From: Octopus sinensis
Lineage: Eukaryota
Direction of reading: 5' to 3'
DNA: 64,000 bases
NCBI RefSeq assembly: GCF_006345805.1
Contig: NC_043019.1
Location: 32,735,360 to 32,799,359 of the forward strand
Part shown: positions 1-12,240 of the stretch, one piece after another
Layout: every line of letters begins with the position of its first letter
How positions within the stretch are numbered: position 1 is the stretch's first letter
Translations under genes and position numbers: made by a program
The notes under the pieces: model-generated
The model's input: only the letters and a program-made list of their open reading frames with translations
Told to the model about the DNA's origin: nothing
Database searches by the model: none

Positions 1-219
1 CGTGTGCTATTAGTCCCAGGCGGAGGTGTTGCATTAAGTGTAAGAGCACTGTTATCCTCCTGGTTGTTGATGGGTGTGGTGTTGCCTCTGTTGTGTTGAC
101 GGGTGTTATTACTAACTGTTTGGGTACTATAGTTGCCAGCCCGATTATATTGACTACTGCCTGGATGAATGGGGTTCGATTGGTTGTTATAGCCTGCTCC
201 TAATCTAGCTGTTCTAGCG

Positions 220-311
220 GTGCTGACATTGGCCACATACAGATGGTGCTTTTTACGTGCCACCGGCACAGGTGCTAGGGGAGGCTGGTAATGGCCACGA
301 TCGGTTGGTAC
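220..311 (-). mobile_element. Fragment of RTE-LINE 3'UTR-derived dispersed repeat (family C)
   Basis: Matches the GGTGCTTTTTACGTGCCACCGGCACAGGTGC unit seen in many other copies in the window. Confidence 0.75.
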
Positions 312-312
312 T

Positions 313-362
<50 letters not shown>

Positions 363-470
363 TCTTAGACGATTGTTCTGTGTTTGTATTGATGGTGCAT
401 CACTGATGAAGCTGAGTTGACTGAAATATATCTGCCAATTTCCTTTGACAATGATCAGATCTTTCTTTAA

Positions 471-925
471 CCCTTTCATTACCAACCCTGCTGAAACCGG
501 CTCTGGCTATGAGTACAAATGTTGTGTTTTCATAAGTTTTGAATTAAAATCTTCCACCAAAACCTTAGTCACAATTTATGTTCCTAACACTAGCTGAATG
601 ATAACTAAGTTATTTTACTAAATTCTTTGTCATATTTAACCCTTTTGATACCAACCCGGCTGAAACCTGCTCTGGCTCTGAGTACAAATGTTGTGTTTTC
701 ATAAGTTTTGAATTCCAGCCCGGCTGAATCCGGCTCTGGCTCTGAGTACAAATGTCTTGTTTTCATAAGTTTTGAATTAAAATCTTCCACCAAAACCTTA
801 GTCACAATTTATGTTCCTAACACTAGCTTAATGATAACTAAGTTATTTTACTAAATTCTTTGTCATATTCAAAATTAATTGAAAGAAACACAGAGCATCT
901 CAACAGAAATACAGTAATGAAAAGG
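471..925. mobile_element. piggyBac-like MITE with internal tandem duplication
   Basis: TTAA at 467-470 and 926-929; imperfect TIRs CCCTTTCATTACC / CAGTAATGAAAAGG; body partly duplicated from about 637; diverged relatives near 17428 and 45950. Confidence 0.75.
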
Positions 926-3381
926 TTAACACAAAAGAAATATTGTTTTAAAATTCTAAATCACTTATAGCCAACCTGTAGCCTACAGGTCTTTTTTTTG
1001 AATGGCATGTCCAAAGAAAATTATGTAGAATCTTTTTAGTATGCTTTCTACATGAGTGTCTAACAAGATGGCGTGTGTGTATGTGTGTGTATGTGTGTGG
1101 GGAGGGGTGAGATGTAGTAAATAATTAACATCTAATATTCAGTCATTCCTGGTTACCATTAATTTGTTGGAATTTCAGAATTTGATGCTGCATTCAGCCA
1201 AATTCCTGCTTATTTCTCTCTGCCTTGTAATTAGTCATGAGAGAGAAGGAATTGCCAGAGTGAATAATTTGCAGTTGTAGTTGCTGTTTGACCCCAGGTC
1301 ATCTCTGAGAAGACCTTTAACCAATGGCATTCCTGCTATGAACATTCCACCTTTATTTTAGGTGCTGTACAGCTGATTGGTTAAGAAGCTTGGGGTCTAA
1401 AGTAAAAGGCATTTGGTACCTTGCAGTGTCAAGTGGTAGTAGTGGGGACAAATACAAACACACACACACACACACACACATATGATGGACTTGCAGTGGG
1501 ACTGACCCCACTACCATGTGGTTGGAAAGTAAACTTCTTACCACACATCCACCCATACCTGCGCCAGTCAGATCTTTTAAGAATAAATTCTCCCTCTCTT
1601 CCTCTCTCTTTATGATTAAGGATCTAAATCTTTCTCCAGCTGTCTGTTTTTTTCCCCCTCTCTGTAATTCTCTTTCTTTCTCTTTCCCCTTTAACTCTCC
1701 CTCTCACTAAGAAGCTCTCCGTACCTGTCTCTACTCCTATTTCCTCTCCCCCACCTTCTCTACTTCATTTCTTTTTTTAAATACAAATTACACGAACGTA
1801 TATAAACAGGAGATACAAATATTACAGACACTCCCCCCCCCACACACACTAACTAAACATAAACGCACATAAAGGTATATGCATGCGCAACTGAAGGCTC
1901 ATACAATAGGAATACAAAATACAAAATGGCTGACCATTAGTAAGGAGAGACACACAAATAAGAAAGAAGAAAGCAAAGGACCACTGATGAGGTCACAGGA
2001 GTGTGATGAAAGAACTCTGGCCGAAATAAGATTAAGATTAATGTAAAAAATAAATAACGCTGAAGCAAAGTAACACCAAATATATAGTGCGTGTGTTTTT
2101 ATTGGCTAAACTGGCAAAATGACCATTCCTAAATACAACAATATTTTTTTAAATACTTCTCTGTCTATTTCTGTTCCAATCTCTCTCTCTCTCTTACTTT
2201 CTCCTTTCATTTCTCTCCTATCACAGTCTTTGACAAGGCTACCCAACATAGTAGCACTTCAAGACTCAAGCAACCTTCATATTAAGCAGATTTTTTCCTG
2301 TATTGCTGGTGGACATGACATAGAAACAGCAGTTCCTGTGTGAGGTGATGTGACATAGCTTGTCAAGAGAACCACAGGCGAAAGTCCATTAGATAAAGCT
2401 AAGAAGATGATTCATATCTCTCAGGGACTTTGCTCTTGTGTCACCTGTTCTTATTGACAAATACACGAAGATACATCACACACACACACACAATATATAT
2501 CCTCATCATTGTTTTAACTTCCGCTTTTCAATGCTTGCATGGATCAGACAGAATTTGTTGAGTTCCTTCCTGTTATCAACCTTCATCAGTTTCTGAATAA
2601 GGCAATGTTTCCACAGTCAGTGTTTCCACATTCTGGTGTGAAGGTTACCTATGAGTAGTCCTCCATCAGCCCAATTATGTGACCTTGTACCTTTTGTTAG
2701 AATCAGAAAATGGGCAAGTGTCTTCTACTATAGCCTCGGCCTGACCCAGAGCATTGTGGGTGGATTTGGTAGACAGAATCAGGGCCCAAAATATCCTTCA
2801 GATTTTTTCAACACTGAAGGGAACTTTGATGTTTTATCTTTTACTTGTTTCAATCATTTGACTGTGGCCATGCTGGAGCACCACTTTGAAGGGTTTTAGC
2901 CAGACTTTGATCTTAGTATAAGCCTGCCCTTATTCTATCAGTCTCTTGCCAAACTCCTAAATTATGCGGACATTAATAAACTAAAACCATTGTAAATCAG
3001 TGAGAGGGACAAACACAAAGAAACGCAAGTGTGCGCATACGCACACACAGATGCTTCCACACAGTTTCCGCTTTTGGTCAACACAGGACTATAGTAGAAA
3101 TCACTTGACCAAATTTCTGTGCAGTGGGACTGAACCCAAAGCCATGTTGTTGCAAAGCCAGCTTCTTAACCACACAGCCATGCCAATGCTATGAGCAAAT
3201 ATGTATAAAATTCAAGACAAGATCATGGCTTTTGGACTTCAGTGTTGCTTATCTAGATCAATCTGTGCTAGAAAAATTGATTTGTACGGCAAAAGTTTGA
3301 TGTAAGCAACACCAATGCAGTGACCGCAACAGCTGTGTACATGTGTAGTGTAGAGTTGAAAGAACTTTGCTTTGACTTCAT

Positions 3382-3860
3382 TTAGTTAAGTTAAGTTAAT
3401 TTTTTGGCTCAAAAAGCAAAAAGCAAGGCCATGTAGGGGGACATGGAGTTATGTACTGGGAGGGTGTTCATGCAAAGAGTTCAGGCCATTTCTGGTCAAG
3501 AGACTTTGAACCGAGCGGTCGTCGGCATCTTCACTATCTCGTCCGGCAGCTTATTCCACAGATCTGCAACCCGGACGGAGAAAGCCCCTCTCCTTCGATT
3601 GAGATGATATCGTCGCAGATAGAGCTTTTCGGAGTGACCCCGCAGCCGACGCTCTGGAGCAGGAGTGAAGAACAGCTCTTTCGAGTGACTACACTTTCCG
3701 CTTATGATGTTGTGAGCAAGAATGAGATCACCACGGCGTCGTCGTTTTTCTAGAGAATAAAGGTCGAGCGTCTTCAGCCTTTCTTCATAAGACAAATGCT
3801 TGAGACCAAGAACCATGCGGGTAGCCAGCTTCTGGACTCTTTCGATCAACAGTCCCAAGC
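3382..3860 (-). mobile_element. 5'-truncated CR1-clade LINE (ORF2 C-terminus, 3'UTR, (TTAAC)n tail)
   Basis: Minus ORF contains LLIERVQKLATRMVLGLKHLSYEERLKTLDLYSLEKRRRRGDLI...RGHSEKL...FSVRVADLWNKLP, typical of the CR1 ORF2 end. Confidence 0.9.
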
Positions 3861-4024
3861 TGGCCACCAGTAGGCTTTGCCATGCTTCATCATCAGCTTC
3901 ATTTAATGTCCATCTTCCATTCTGCCATGGGTTGTATGGCTTGACAGGAGCTAGGAAGCCACAGCACTGCACCGGGCTCCATTGTTTGTTTTGGATTAAT
4001 TTTGCAGTTAAAATGAAAATTTCG

Positions 4025-4250
4025 CAGAAATAATAAAAATGCTGGATTTATGGAGATGTACTTGCATAGCAAGTGACTTGATCTGAGATTGTGTGCTGGA
4101 ATGAAAACAACTGCAGCGTGGAAGGTGTTTATAAGCCATTTAAGAAACACACAAAAACCGTTAGATTTACTTCAACATTTGAATTTAATTTGTCAAAATA
4201 TTTTCGTTGCTTTGAGACCACGATCTGTTCACTGACAAAACTTCGTGGAC
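4025..4250. mobile_element. Dispersed copy of the inner arm of the 23.56-23.88 kb palindromic repeat
   Basis: Aligns by eye with the reverse complement of about 23690-23885. Confidence 0.7.
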
Positions 4251-4664
4251 AAATTAAATTTAAATAAAAATGTTATTTTATCCCTAAATAACATTTAGCT
4301 GTTTTAGCGTTGAGATTATTCTGTCAAGAATAGTATTTAATTATTCAAATTGGTTTGAATTAATCATGCATTATCTCGCTGCTTCTAATTTTCGATGTCA
4401 TGATTGCACTCTCGGAGTGGTTGGCATTAGGAAGGGCATCCAGCTGCAGAAAACATGCCAAATCGGACTGTAGTCTGGTGCAGTCCCTCAGCTTACCAGC
4501 CCTGGTCAAACTGTCCAACCCATGCCAGCTTGGACAACAGATGCTAAATGATGATGATATCGATGGTGATAGTATATTTCTAGAATGGCATTGTATGGTA
4601 GGTATGAAAGGCCGAATCTGGATGGTTCAATCATGCAACATATAGAATATTTATGCCTGATATC

Positions 4665-5045
4665 ATCATCATCATCGTTTAACGTCTGCTTTCCATGCTA
4701 GCATGGGTTGGACAAATGACTGAGGGCTGGCGAACCAGATGGCTGCACCAGGCTTCAATCTTGATCTGGCAGAGTTTCTACAGCTGGATGCCCTTCCTAA
4801 TGCCAACCACTCCGAGAGTGTAGTGGGTGCTTTTACGTGCCACCGGCACAGGGCCAGTCAGGCGGTACTGGCAACGACCACGCCCGAATCTTTTACACAT
4901 GCCACCGGCACAGGTGCCAGTAAGGTGATGCTGGTAACGATCACACTCAAATGGTGTCTTTTACATGCCACCGGAATGGAGGCCAGATAGCCGCTCTGGC
5001 AATGATGACACTCGGATGGTGCTCTTAATACCCTACTAGCACGGG
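4665..5045 (-). mobile_element. RTE 3'UTR-derived repeat (family C) with (ATG)n tail
   Basis: (CAT)n + CGTTTAACGTC...GCTGGATGCCCTTCCTAA motif. Further copies at about 5745-5990, 8150-8262, 12365-12480, 13725-14095, 14670-14905, 19855-20255, 31940-32312, 37190-37470, 44460-44842, 45200-45630, 53530-53680, 59613-59884, 61600-61790. Confidence 0.85.
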
Positions 5046-5154
5046 GCTGGCTGGTTGAAATGGTAAATGGCTAATGCAACTTCTTTTCATTTAAGATATT
5101 TGTAAAAGTAGTTTGGATCACTTCTTTTCTACCAGTAATGAAATAATATCTTGA

Positions 5155-5575
5155 CCCTTTAGCATTTAAACCAACTATATTTGACCAAAATATTCTATGT
5201 TTTATGTTCAAACTTCCCAGATCTGTCTTCTCACACTTACTCTACAATGTCATTCTAAAAATAAACCGGTGCATGAGTGGCTGTGTGGCAAGTAGCTTGC
5301 TTACCAACCACATGGTTCCGAGTTCAGTCCCACTGTGTGGCACCTTGGGCAAGTGTGTTGTACTATAGCCTCGGGCTGACCAAAGCCTTGTGAGTGGATT
5401 TGGTAGAAGGATACTGACGAAACCTGTTGTATATGTATGCATATGTATATGTTTGTGTGTCTGTGTTTGTTCCCCCACCATCACTTAGCATGTTTACGTT
5501 CCTGTAACTTAACAGTTCGGCAAAAGAGACCAACAGAAATAAGTACTAGGCTTACAAAGAATAAGTCCTGAGGTC
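5155..5575 (+). mobile_element. Left part of a CCCTTTAGCATT MITE followed directly by a family A SINE
   Basis: TTGA|CCCTTTAGCATTT start; SINE begins right after TCTAAAAATAAAC at about 5267. Confidence 0.7.
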
Positions 5576-5604
5576 AATTTGTTCTCTCTCTCTCTTTACA
5601 TATA

Positions 5605-5644
<40 letters not shown>

Positions 5645-5710
5645 CACATATATATATATACACATATATACACACACACACACATATATATACACACACA
5701 TATACATACA

Positions 5711-5748
<38 letters not shown>

Positions 5749-6093
5749 ATGTAAAAAGCACCATCCGATCGTGGCCGTTGCCAGCCCCACCTGGCTTCAG
5801 TGCCAGTGGCACGTAAAAAGCACCCACTACACTCACAGAGTGGTTGGCGTTAAGAAGGGCATCCAGCTGTAGAAACACTGCCAGATCAGACTGAGCCTGA
5901 TGCAGCCTTCTGGCTTCCCAGACCCCAGTTGAACCGTCCAACCCATGCTAGCATGGAAAGCGGATGCTAAATGATGATGATGATGATGATATATATATAT
6001 ATATACACACACACATACACATATATAAAATAGCTTATGAAGTTCTTTACATAATTTTTGTTCCCTTAACATTTATATAATTTCTTCTGAACC

Positions 6094-6128
<35 letters not shown>

Positions 6129-6479
6129 CGCAGGCGTGGCAGTGTGGTAAGAAGCTTGCTTGCCAACCACATGGTTCTGGAAGTCCTGGGGTTGATTTGT
6201 TTGTCTAAAGGCGGTGCTTCAGCTAGGCTGCAGTCAAAATAACTAAAACGAGTTAAAGAATAAAAGAATGCAAATATGTATTGAGTTCTAACACCAGGTT
6301 ACACTTGTATCGCTATGCCTAAGTAAAACACACCCACCCACGCACACACAGAGAAGTTTGGTGATGCAAAACAGGAAAAACTGAACTCAAAACAGGTGTC
6401 CATTATTATATTAATCTATACGTTTTATTAATATTTAATATTGAGGTATATAATTATATATATAAATATATATACATAT

Positions 6480-7065
6480 ACTAGCAGTATCGCCCGGCGT
6501 TGCTCGGGTTTGTAAGGGAAATAACTATATAAGCATTTTTAGAGAGTTATAGCCAAAAATAGCAAAAAATATGAATTAAAAATGGAAAAAAAATGATGGT
6601 AAATTTTTTTTTAAATCGTTGACTCATCGTAGACATTTTTAGAGAGTTACTTCCCTTATATAATAGCGAAAAAAATGATGGTAAATTTGTTTTTAAATCA
6701 TTGACTCATCGTAGACATTTTTAGAGAGTTACTTCCCTTATATAATAGCGAAAAAATGCATTAAAATGGAAAAAAATGATGGTAAATTTTTTTTTAAATC
6801 GTAGACTCATCGTAGACATTTTTAGATAGTTACTTCCCTTATATAATAGCGAAAAAATGCATTAAAAATGGGAAAAAAATGATGGTAAATTTTTTTTTTA
6901 AATCGTAGACTCATTGTAGACGCGCGCTAATACCCAGAAGGGCTCGATATGAATCACGACTATAAGATACCCGGTTTTGGTTAAACTGCACCGCAAAATG
7001 TGGAAGTAGTTAGGAATCTAAATCGTAGGAGACAGACACACAACTTGACTTTTATATATAAAGAT
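6480..7065 (+). mobile_element. Non-autonomous Helitron-like element (ACTAGC...GCCCGGCGTTGCTCGG start, TATATAAAGAT end)
   Basis: Same 5' end as the 51768 and 61904 copies; internal tandem repeats of about 120 bp; no TSD or TIR seen. Confidence 0.6.
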
Positions 7066-7552
7066 ATATATATATTATATATATATATATATATATGTGA
7101 CTCATGTTTTCCTTTCTATTTTCATGTTTGCATTACCAAACCTGTTCTTTGCTCTTATTTTGATGAGCTTTGTTGACAAACTTGAATGCCAGCATGGGGA
7201 ATTAGCCTCTACTCTATACAATGAAGAATACACACACACACAATTGTGTAGGTGTATATATATATATATCAATTAATTAACTAATAATTAATAATACCAC
7301 CAAGTAGAATTCGGCATGAAAAAAGGACCAATTTTCGGTAAACTCAAACAATATTTTATAATTAGAGTTCAGCAAAGATTTGCTTTACCACATACCAAAG
7401 TTTAGAAATAGCAGCCAAAGAACCTTAGCTATTTGTTCTACTATAAGAAGAGACTCCCGGACAAAACAAAATACTCGAAATAACCCACGCAGACATAGAG
7501 GAAAATTAACGAAATTCACTCGGTATTTGATTACCTGTATATATATATATAC

Positions 7553-8030
7553 AGGTAATCAAATACTTGGATGCAGCACATATCGACACACCTCCGTTCA
7601 AGCATCTCAACAATCTCGCCAGACCTACCTTTCAGTATGCCAATGTTGAGAGTGCCAACCCTGAGGGTGTGGGAGTTATAGGCCCTAGAGACCCTGGGAC
7701 GGGGGACAGTAGCTTCATGTACCTGAAAAGAAAACTCACATTTGGCAGAATTCATGAGCAAGCAATACAGTAGCCTTCAGTTCAACCTGCATAACACTAC
7801 CCTTTCATATTTTGCATTATATGATCATTACCTTACATAGGAGATAGCCCTAGACTAGGGGTTGGGATGGCGAAATGCCTTTAGCAGTGTTCATGGGAGG
7901 CAACCCAGGGATGGCAAAGGATAGGAACTTCTGGTACAGGTGGAGGGGTGGGAGGGCAGTCGCACCTCTAACTAGGAAGAGGGTCTGCTAATCATGGTTT
8001 AACGAGAGAGCAAAAGAGTAGACTTGAAGA
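7553..8030 (-). mobile_element. RTE-clade LINE 5' fragment (5'UTR and start of AP endonuclease)
   Basis: Minus translation LRVGTLNIGILKGRSGEIVEMLERRCVDMCCIQ. Confidence 0.8.
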
Positions 8031-8294
8031 ATCTGAGAGTTGTCCGTCAGCCATCTAAGACAAATTTTAGAGAATAGAGAAGTGGCTGTGTGATGAGACT
8101 TTAATAGCTGAATGAATCAATGAATATAAGGTTCATATATATATATATATATCATCGTTTAACGTCCACTTTCCATGCTAGCATGGGTTGGCCGGTTTAA
8201 CTGGGGTCTGGGAAGCCAGAAGGTTGCACCAGGCCCAGTCTGATCTGGCAGTGTTTCTACAGCTGTGTGATGAGACTTTAATAGCTGAATGAAT

Positions 8295-8346
<52 letters not shown>

Positions 8347-8350
<4 letters not shown>

Positions 8351-8530
8351 CAGGAAGCTTTACGAAAATAAACAGAAGACGAAGGCAGGTGGAGTACAAA
8401 CAAACAATTGTATTAGTATGGCGCTCAGGAATAGAAATAAAACAAGTCTTTTATGTTTCGAGCCTACGCTCTTCAACAGAAAGATACACAGAAAAGAAAC
8501 ACGGAGAGAAAAAAATGCGTGCAGGAGCTA
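8347..8530 (-). mobile_element. Penelope-like terminal-repeat remnant carrying a decayed hammerhead-like motif
   Basis: Dispersed family (also about 17815-17895 and 36890-37045), flanked by (TA)n; motif at 8448-8483. Penelope assignment is inference. Confidence 0.5.
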
Positions 8531-9196
8531 ACAAATCAACATGGTGGTCTGATTTCGGCCAGAAGTCAGAGATCAGACGCAAGAGGGAAAGTAGGGGAGA
8601 TAACAGGGTTAAATGACCTCGCCCCAACATAAGGGTGCATGTGTGTATGAGAGAGTATATATGTGCGTATGAAAGGTCTGGACGTGTGTATGTATGTATG
8701 ATGTGATGTGTAATGTTGTATGGTGTAGTGTGGTGGGTGTGGTTTCCATGGCTGGATGCCCTTCCTAATGCCAACCACTCTACAGAGTATAGTGGGTGCT
8801 TTTTATGTGGCACTAGTATTGGCATCGATTCTGCTGTAGTGAGGGTCTTCTTGAGAACAGCCGGGCACAAGATATCTTGGTCCTTTGTCATCTCCTTTGC
8901 AAGACCCATTAAACTATTGAAAGGGTTGCAAAATACAAGGAAAATTTTAGGACAATAAAAATAAGGAAAAACATGGAAATTTTACCGGTGAGTGTGTTAC
9001 ATAATAAGGCACAAAAAGAAAAAGACTCTCCCCAGACACAACAGAATAGGCTTCAACACAGGAACTCATATAAAGAATCTTGCAAACCAAATCCAAAAAC
9101 GAAATATAAGCTAAAATATTTCTTATGTAATCAGATAGCAAAAACCTAGCCTTTACCCAAGAGTGATGGTGGAAGTGGGGGCAGGGCTGAAGTGTA

Positions 9197-9241
<45 letters not shown>

Positions 9242-9481
9242 GTGAATGTCTTTTTTTGTTTTTGTTTTTTTGTTTTGCCATATTCATTTGTTACTCTTTT
9301 TTGTTTAGTCTGCAGTATAAATGGATGATTAGGCTGATTGATTGATTGACTGGACGATTGATTTTTTTTTATTGTTTTGTTTTATAAAGTATAAGAATCA
9401 CTATGGACATCATTCTAATAATTATCAGCATCATGAATATCATCATGACCAACATTACTATCTTTATTATTGTAATCATTA

Positions 9482-9514
<33 letters not shown>

Positions 9515-9900
9515 CATCATCATCATAATAATGGCCATATTTATTACATCGATCCTCAATGGTTTCGTTGTCTGTTATTCTTCCATTCTGGCATGGATTT
9601 CTTTTCCCTCTTCCCCCCACCCCACCAACAGCCTGCTATCGGAATCTTTTCCCAAACCTAACCTGATCTTTGCGCAAGAACATCAATATTACTAACCTAC
9701 TCTTCTCTTGTGTCTGTGTGTCCATGAATCCTTGCGGTATGGAAACTCACATGGCACACACACAACATTGGTATAATCAATACTTCTTTAACTAACTCCC
9801 CAGTTGTGGTTATTCCACTCCAGGTCAGCCTGGATCAAGTAGACTTATGGCCAACAGCATTCCGCATTTGACCATCTGGTCTGATTACTGTTTTCTTTTT

Positions 9901-10400
9901 CATCATCATCATTGTTTGACCGTGGTCGAGACAATGGAATTTACTATGTTACGCCAGACTTCATGGTCCATCATAGCATTACGGAGGTCGTGTTGCTGGA
10001 TGCCTGTCTCCCTGGAGATTACATCAGGGTAGGAGAGTGTGCGCCCTCTGGTATTGCGAGTAGATGGCTTCCAGAGGAGAAGAGTAGAAATTACCTTGTT
10101 TTCAGCTCTACAACAATGTCCAGCAAACTGGACTCTTCTACATTTCACAAGAGATGATACAAGTGGTAATTTCCCCTATATTTGTACTTTGGTTGGATGA
10201 TGCTTCTTCGAGAGATTTTGAGCTCTCATAAGGATGCGAGTGTAAGTTCCAACCTCTCAAGCTTCTTTGATAACGTCCAGGTTTCTGAGCCATATAGTAG
10301 AATTGGTTCGACTGTGGCTTTGAAGATTTTAAGTTTGAAATCTCTACTTAGATTTTATGACCAGATCTTATGAGCCAATGTATCCTTCATTTTCTCGAAG
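9901..10400 (-). mobile_element. RTEX-like LINE 3' fragment with (ATG)n tail
   Basis: Minus translation LKIFKATVEPILLYGSETWTLS...KCRRVQFAGHCCRAENKVISTLLLWKP...RNAMMDHEVWRNIV. Confidence 0.8.
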
Positions 10401-11102
10401 TTGGGTGATATGTTTTGGTTGGGTATTGGTTGATAATATAAATGTTACCAAACAGAGTACTAGGAGGATTTTAAGGGTCTAGTGTTGATTATTTGGTGTG
10501 TGTGTGTGTCCATGATATTGGTGTGTTTATGTCCCTGTAACTTAGCGGTTTGGCAAAAGAGACTGATAGAATAAGTACTAGGCTTACAAAGAATAAGTCC
10601 TGGGGTCGATTTGTTTGACTGAAGGCGGTGCTCCAGCATGGCTGTAGTCAAATGACTGAAACAAGTGAAAGATAAAAGAAATAAAGACTAATAATTATTT
10701 TGAGTCTTTCAGCAATTACAAGAAAGCATTCGATGTCGGTGAGCATTAGAAACCTAATTACAGATAATTAATTGATGAAGTAAAGACAGCATTCATTACC
10801 TTGATGACTAATTAATGTTTTAATAAACTGCAAATAAGCACAAGATGAATTCTTGCCTCGTCTCGTTTAACTGCCCTAATGACTAAAATAGCAGTCATGA
10901 TTTTTGCTAATTTTATCTTTGCCGCAAATAATTGTTTCTAATTAAGTATTTAACTCTCATTATCTTTAATATGTTAATGCTAACTTAGCTTAAGTTGTGG
11001 ATGGTGTGGCCGAGTAATTAACCTCAGTGATTTTATTTATATATACGTTCATATTTATTTGTTTGTTTGTTTGTTTTTTCATTCATTCATTCATTCATTC
11101 AT

Positions 11103-11139
11103 TATTACTACTACTACTACTGCTGTTGCTGCTACCACC

Positions 11140-11171
<32 letters not shown>

Positions 11172-11446
11172 CACAATTACCACTACCACCACTACTGCTA
11201 CTACCACTACCACAATTACCACTACCACCACTACTACTACTACCACCACCACCACAATTACCACTACCACCACCACTACTGCTGCTACTACTACCACCAC
11301 TACCACCACCACCACCACCACAATTACCACTACCACCACTACTGCTACTACTACTACCACCACTACCACCACCACAATTACCACTACCACCACTACTGCT
11401 ACTACTACTACTACCACCACTACCACCACCACAATTACCACTACTG

Positions 11447-11477
<31 letters not shown>

Positions 11478-11548
11478 CACTACCACCACCACAATTACCA
11501 CTACCACCACCACCACCACTACTACTACTACTTCTACTACTGCCACTG
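11103..11548. repeat. Compound (ACT/ACC)n trinucleotide array with higher-order ACAATTACC periodicity
   Basis: Read directly; explains the poly-T/V/L/P/G ORFs. Confidence 0.95.
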
Positions 11549-11654
11549 CTTCGCAACCTTAAAGTTTAATGCAACTATGTGTTATGAGTGCATAAAAAAT
11601 CTGTTTACTGTTTTATTTTATAAATACACACAGACAGACACATACACACACACA

Positions 11655-12240
11655 TCCACCTCAATTACCTTATCTACCCATTTTTCAGTGATAAGTATAC
11701 CCACGCCCTCGACCCCATCAGTGTTCCCAGCCCAGAAAATCTTGTACCTGTGTTCTTTGCCTGTGAGGAACCTAGCAGAACTTCCTCTCCACCTTACTTC
11801 TTGGATGCATCACATATTGACACATCTCCGTTCAAGCATCTCAACAATCTCGCCAGACCTACCTTTCAGTGTGCCAACCCTGAGGGTGTGGGAGGTATGG
11901 TCCCTAGAGACCCTGGGACGGGGGACAGTAGCTTCATGTACCTGAAAAGAAAACTCACATTTGGCAGAATTCATGAGCAAGCAATACAGTAGCCTTCAGT
12001 TCAACCTGCATAACACTACCCTTTCATATTTTGCACTATATGACCATTACCTTACATAGGAGATAGCCCTAGACTAGGGGCTGGGATGGCGAAATGCCTT
12101 TAGCAGTGTTCATGGGAGGCAACCCAGGGATGGCAAAGGATAGGAACTTCCGGTACAGGTGGAGGGGTGGGAGGGCGGTCGCACCTCTAACTAGGAAGAG
12201 GGTCTGCTAATCATGGTTTAACGAGAGAGCAAAAGAGTAG
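11655..12240 (-). mobile_element. RTE-clade LINE 5' fragment (second copy, longer endonuclease part)
   Basis: Minus translation CIQEVRWRGSSARFLTGKEHRYKIFWAGNTDGVEGVGILITEKWVDKVIEV. Confidence 0.85.

Noticed and set aside
1063-1073. YY1-like CAAGATGGCG as an EFR3 promoter (similar motifs at 51458 and 53401)
   Set aside because: A short motif alone, with no CpG-rich or exon context
11027-11945. Long poly-Thr, Gly-Ser, Pro-Leu and His-Tyr ORFs (mucin-like)
   Set aside because: Open in nearly all frames because of the ACT/ACC array; no splice or homology support
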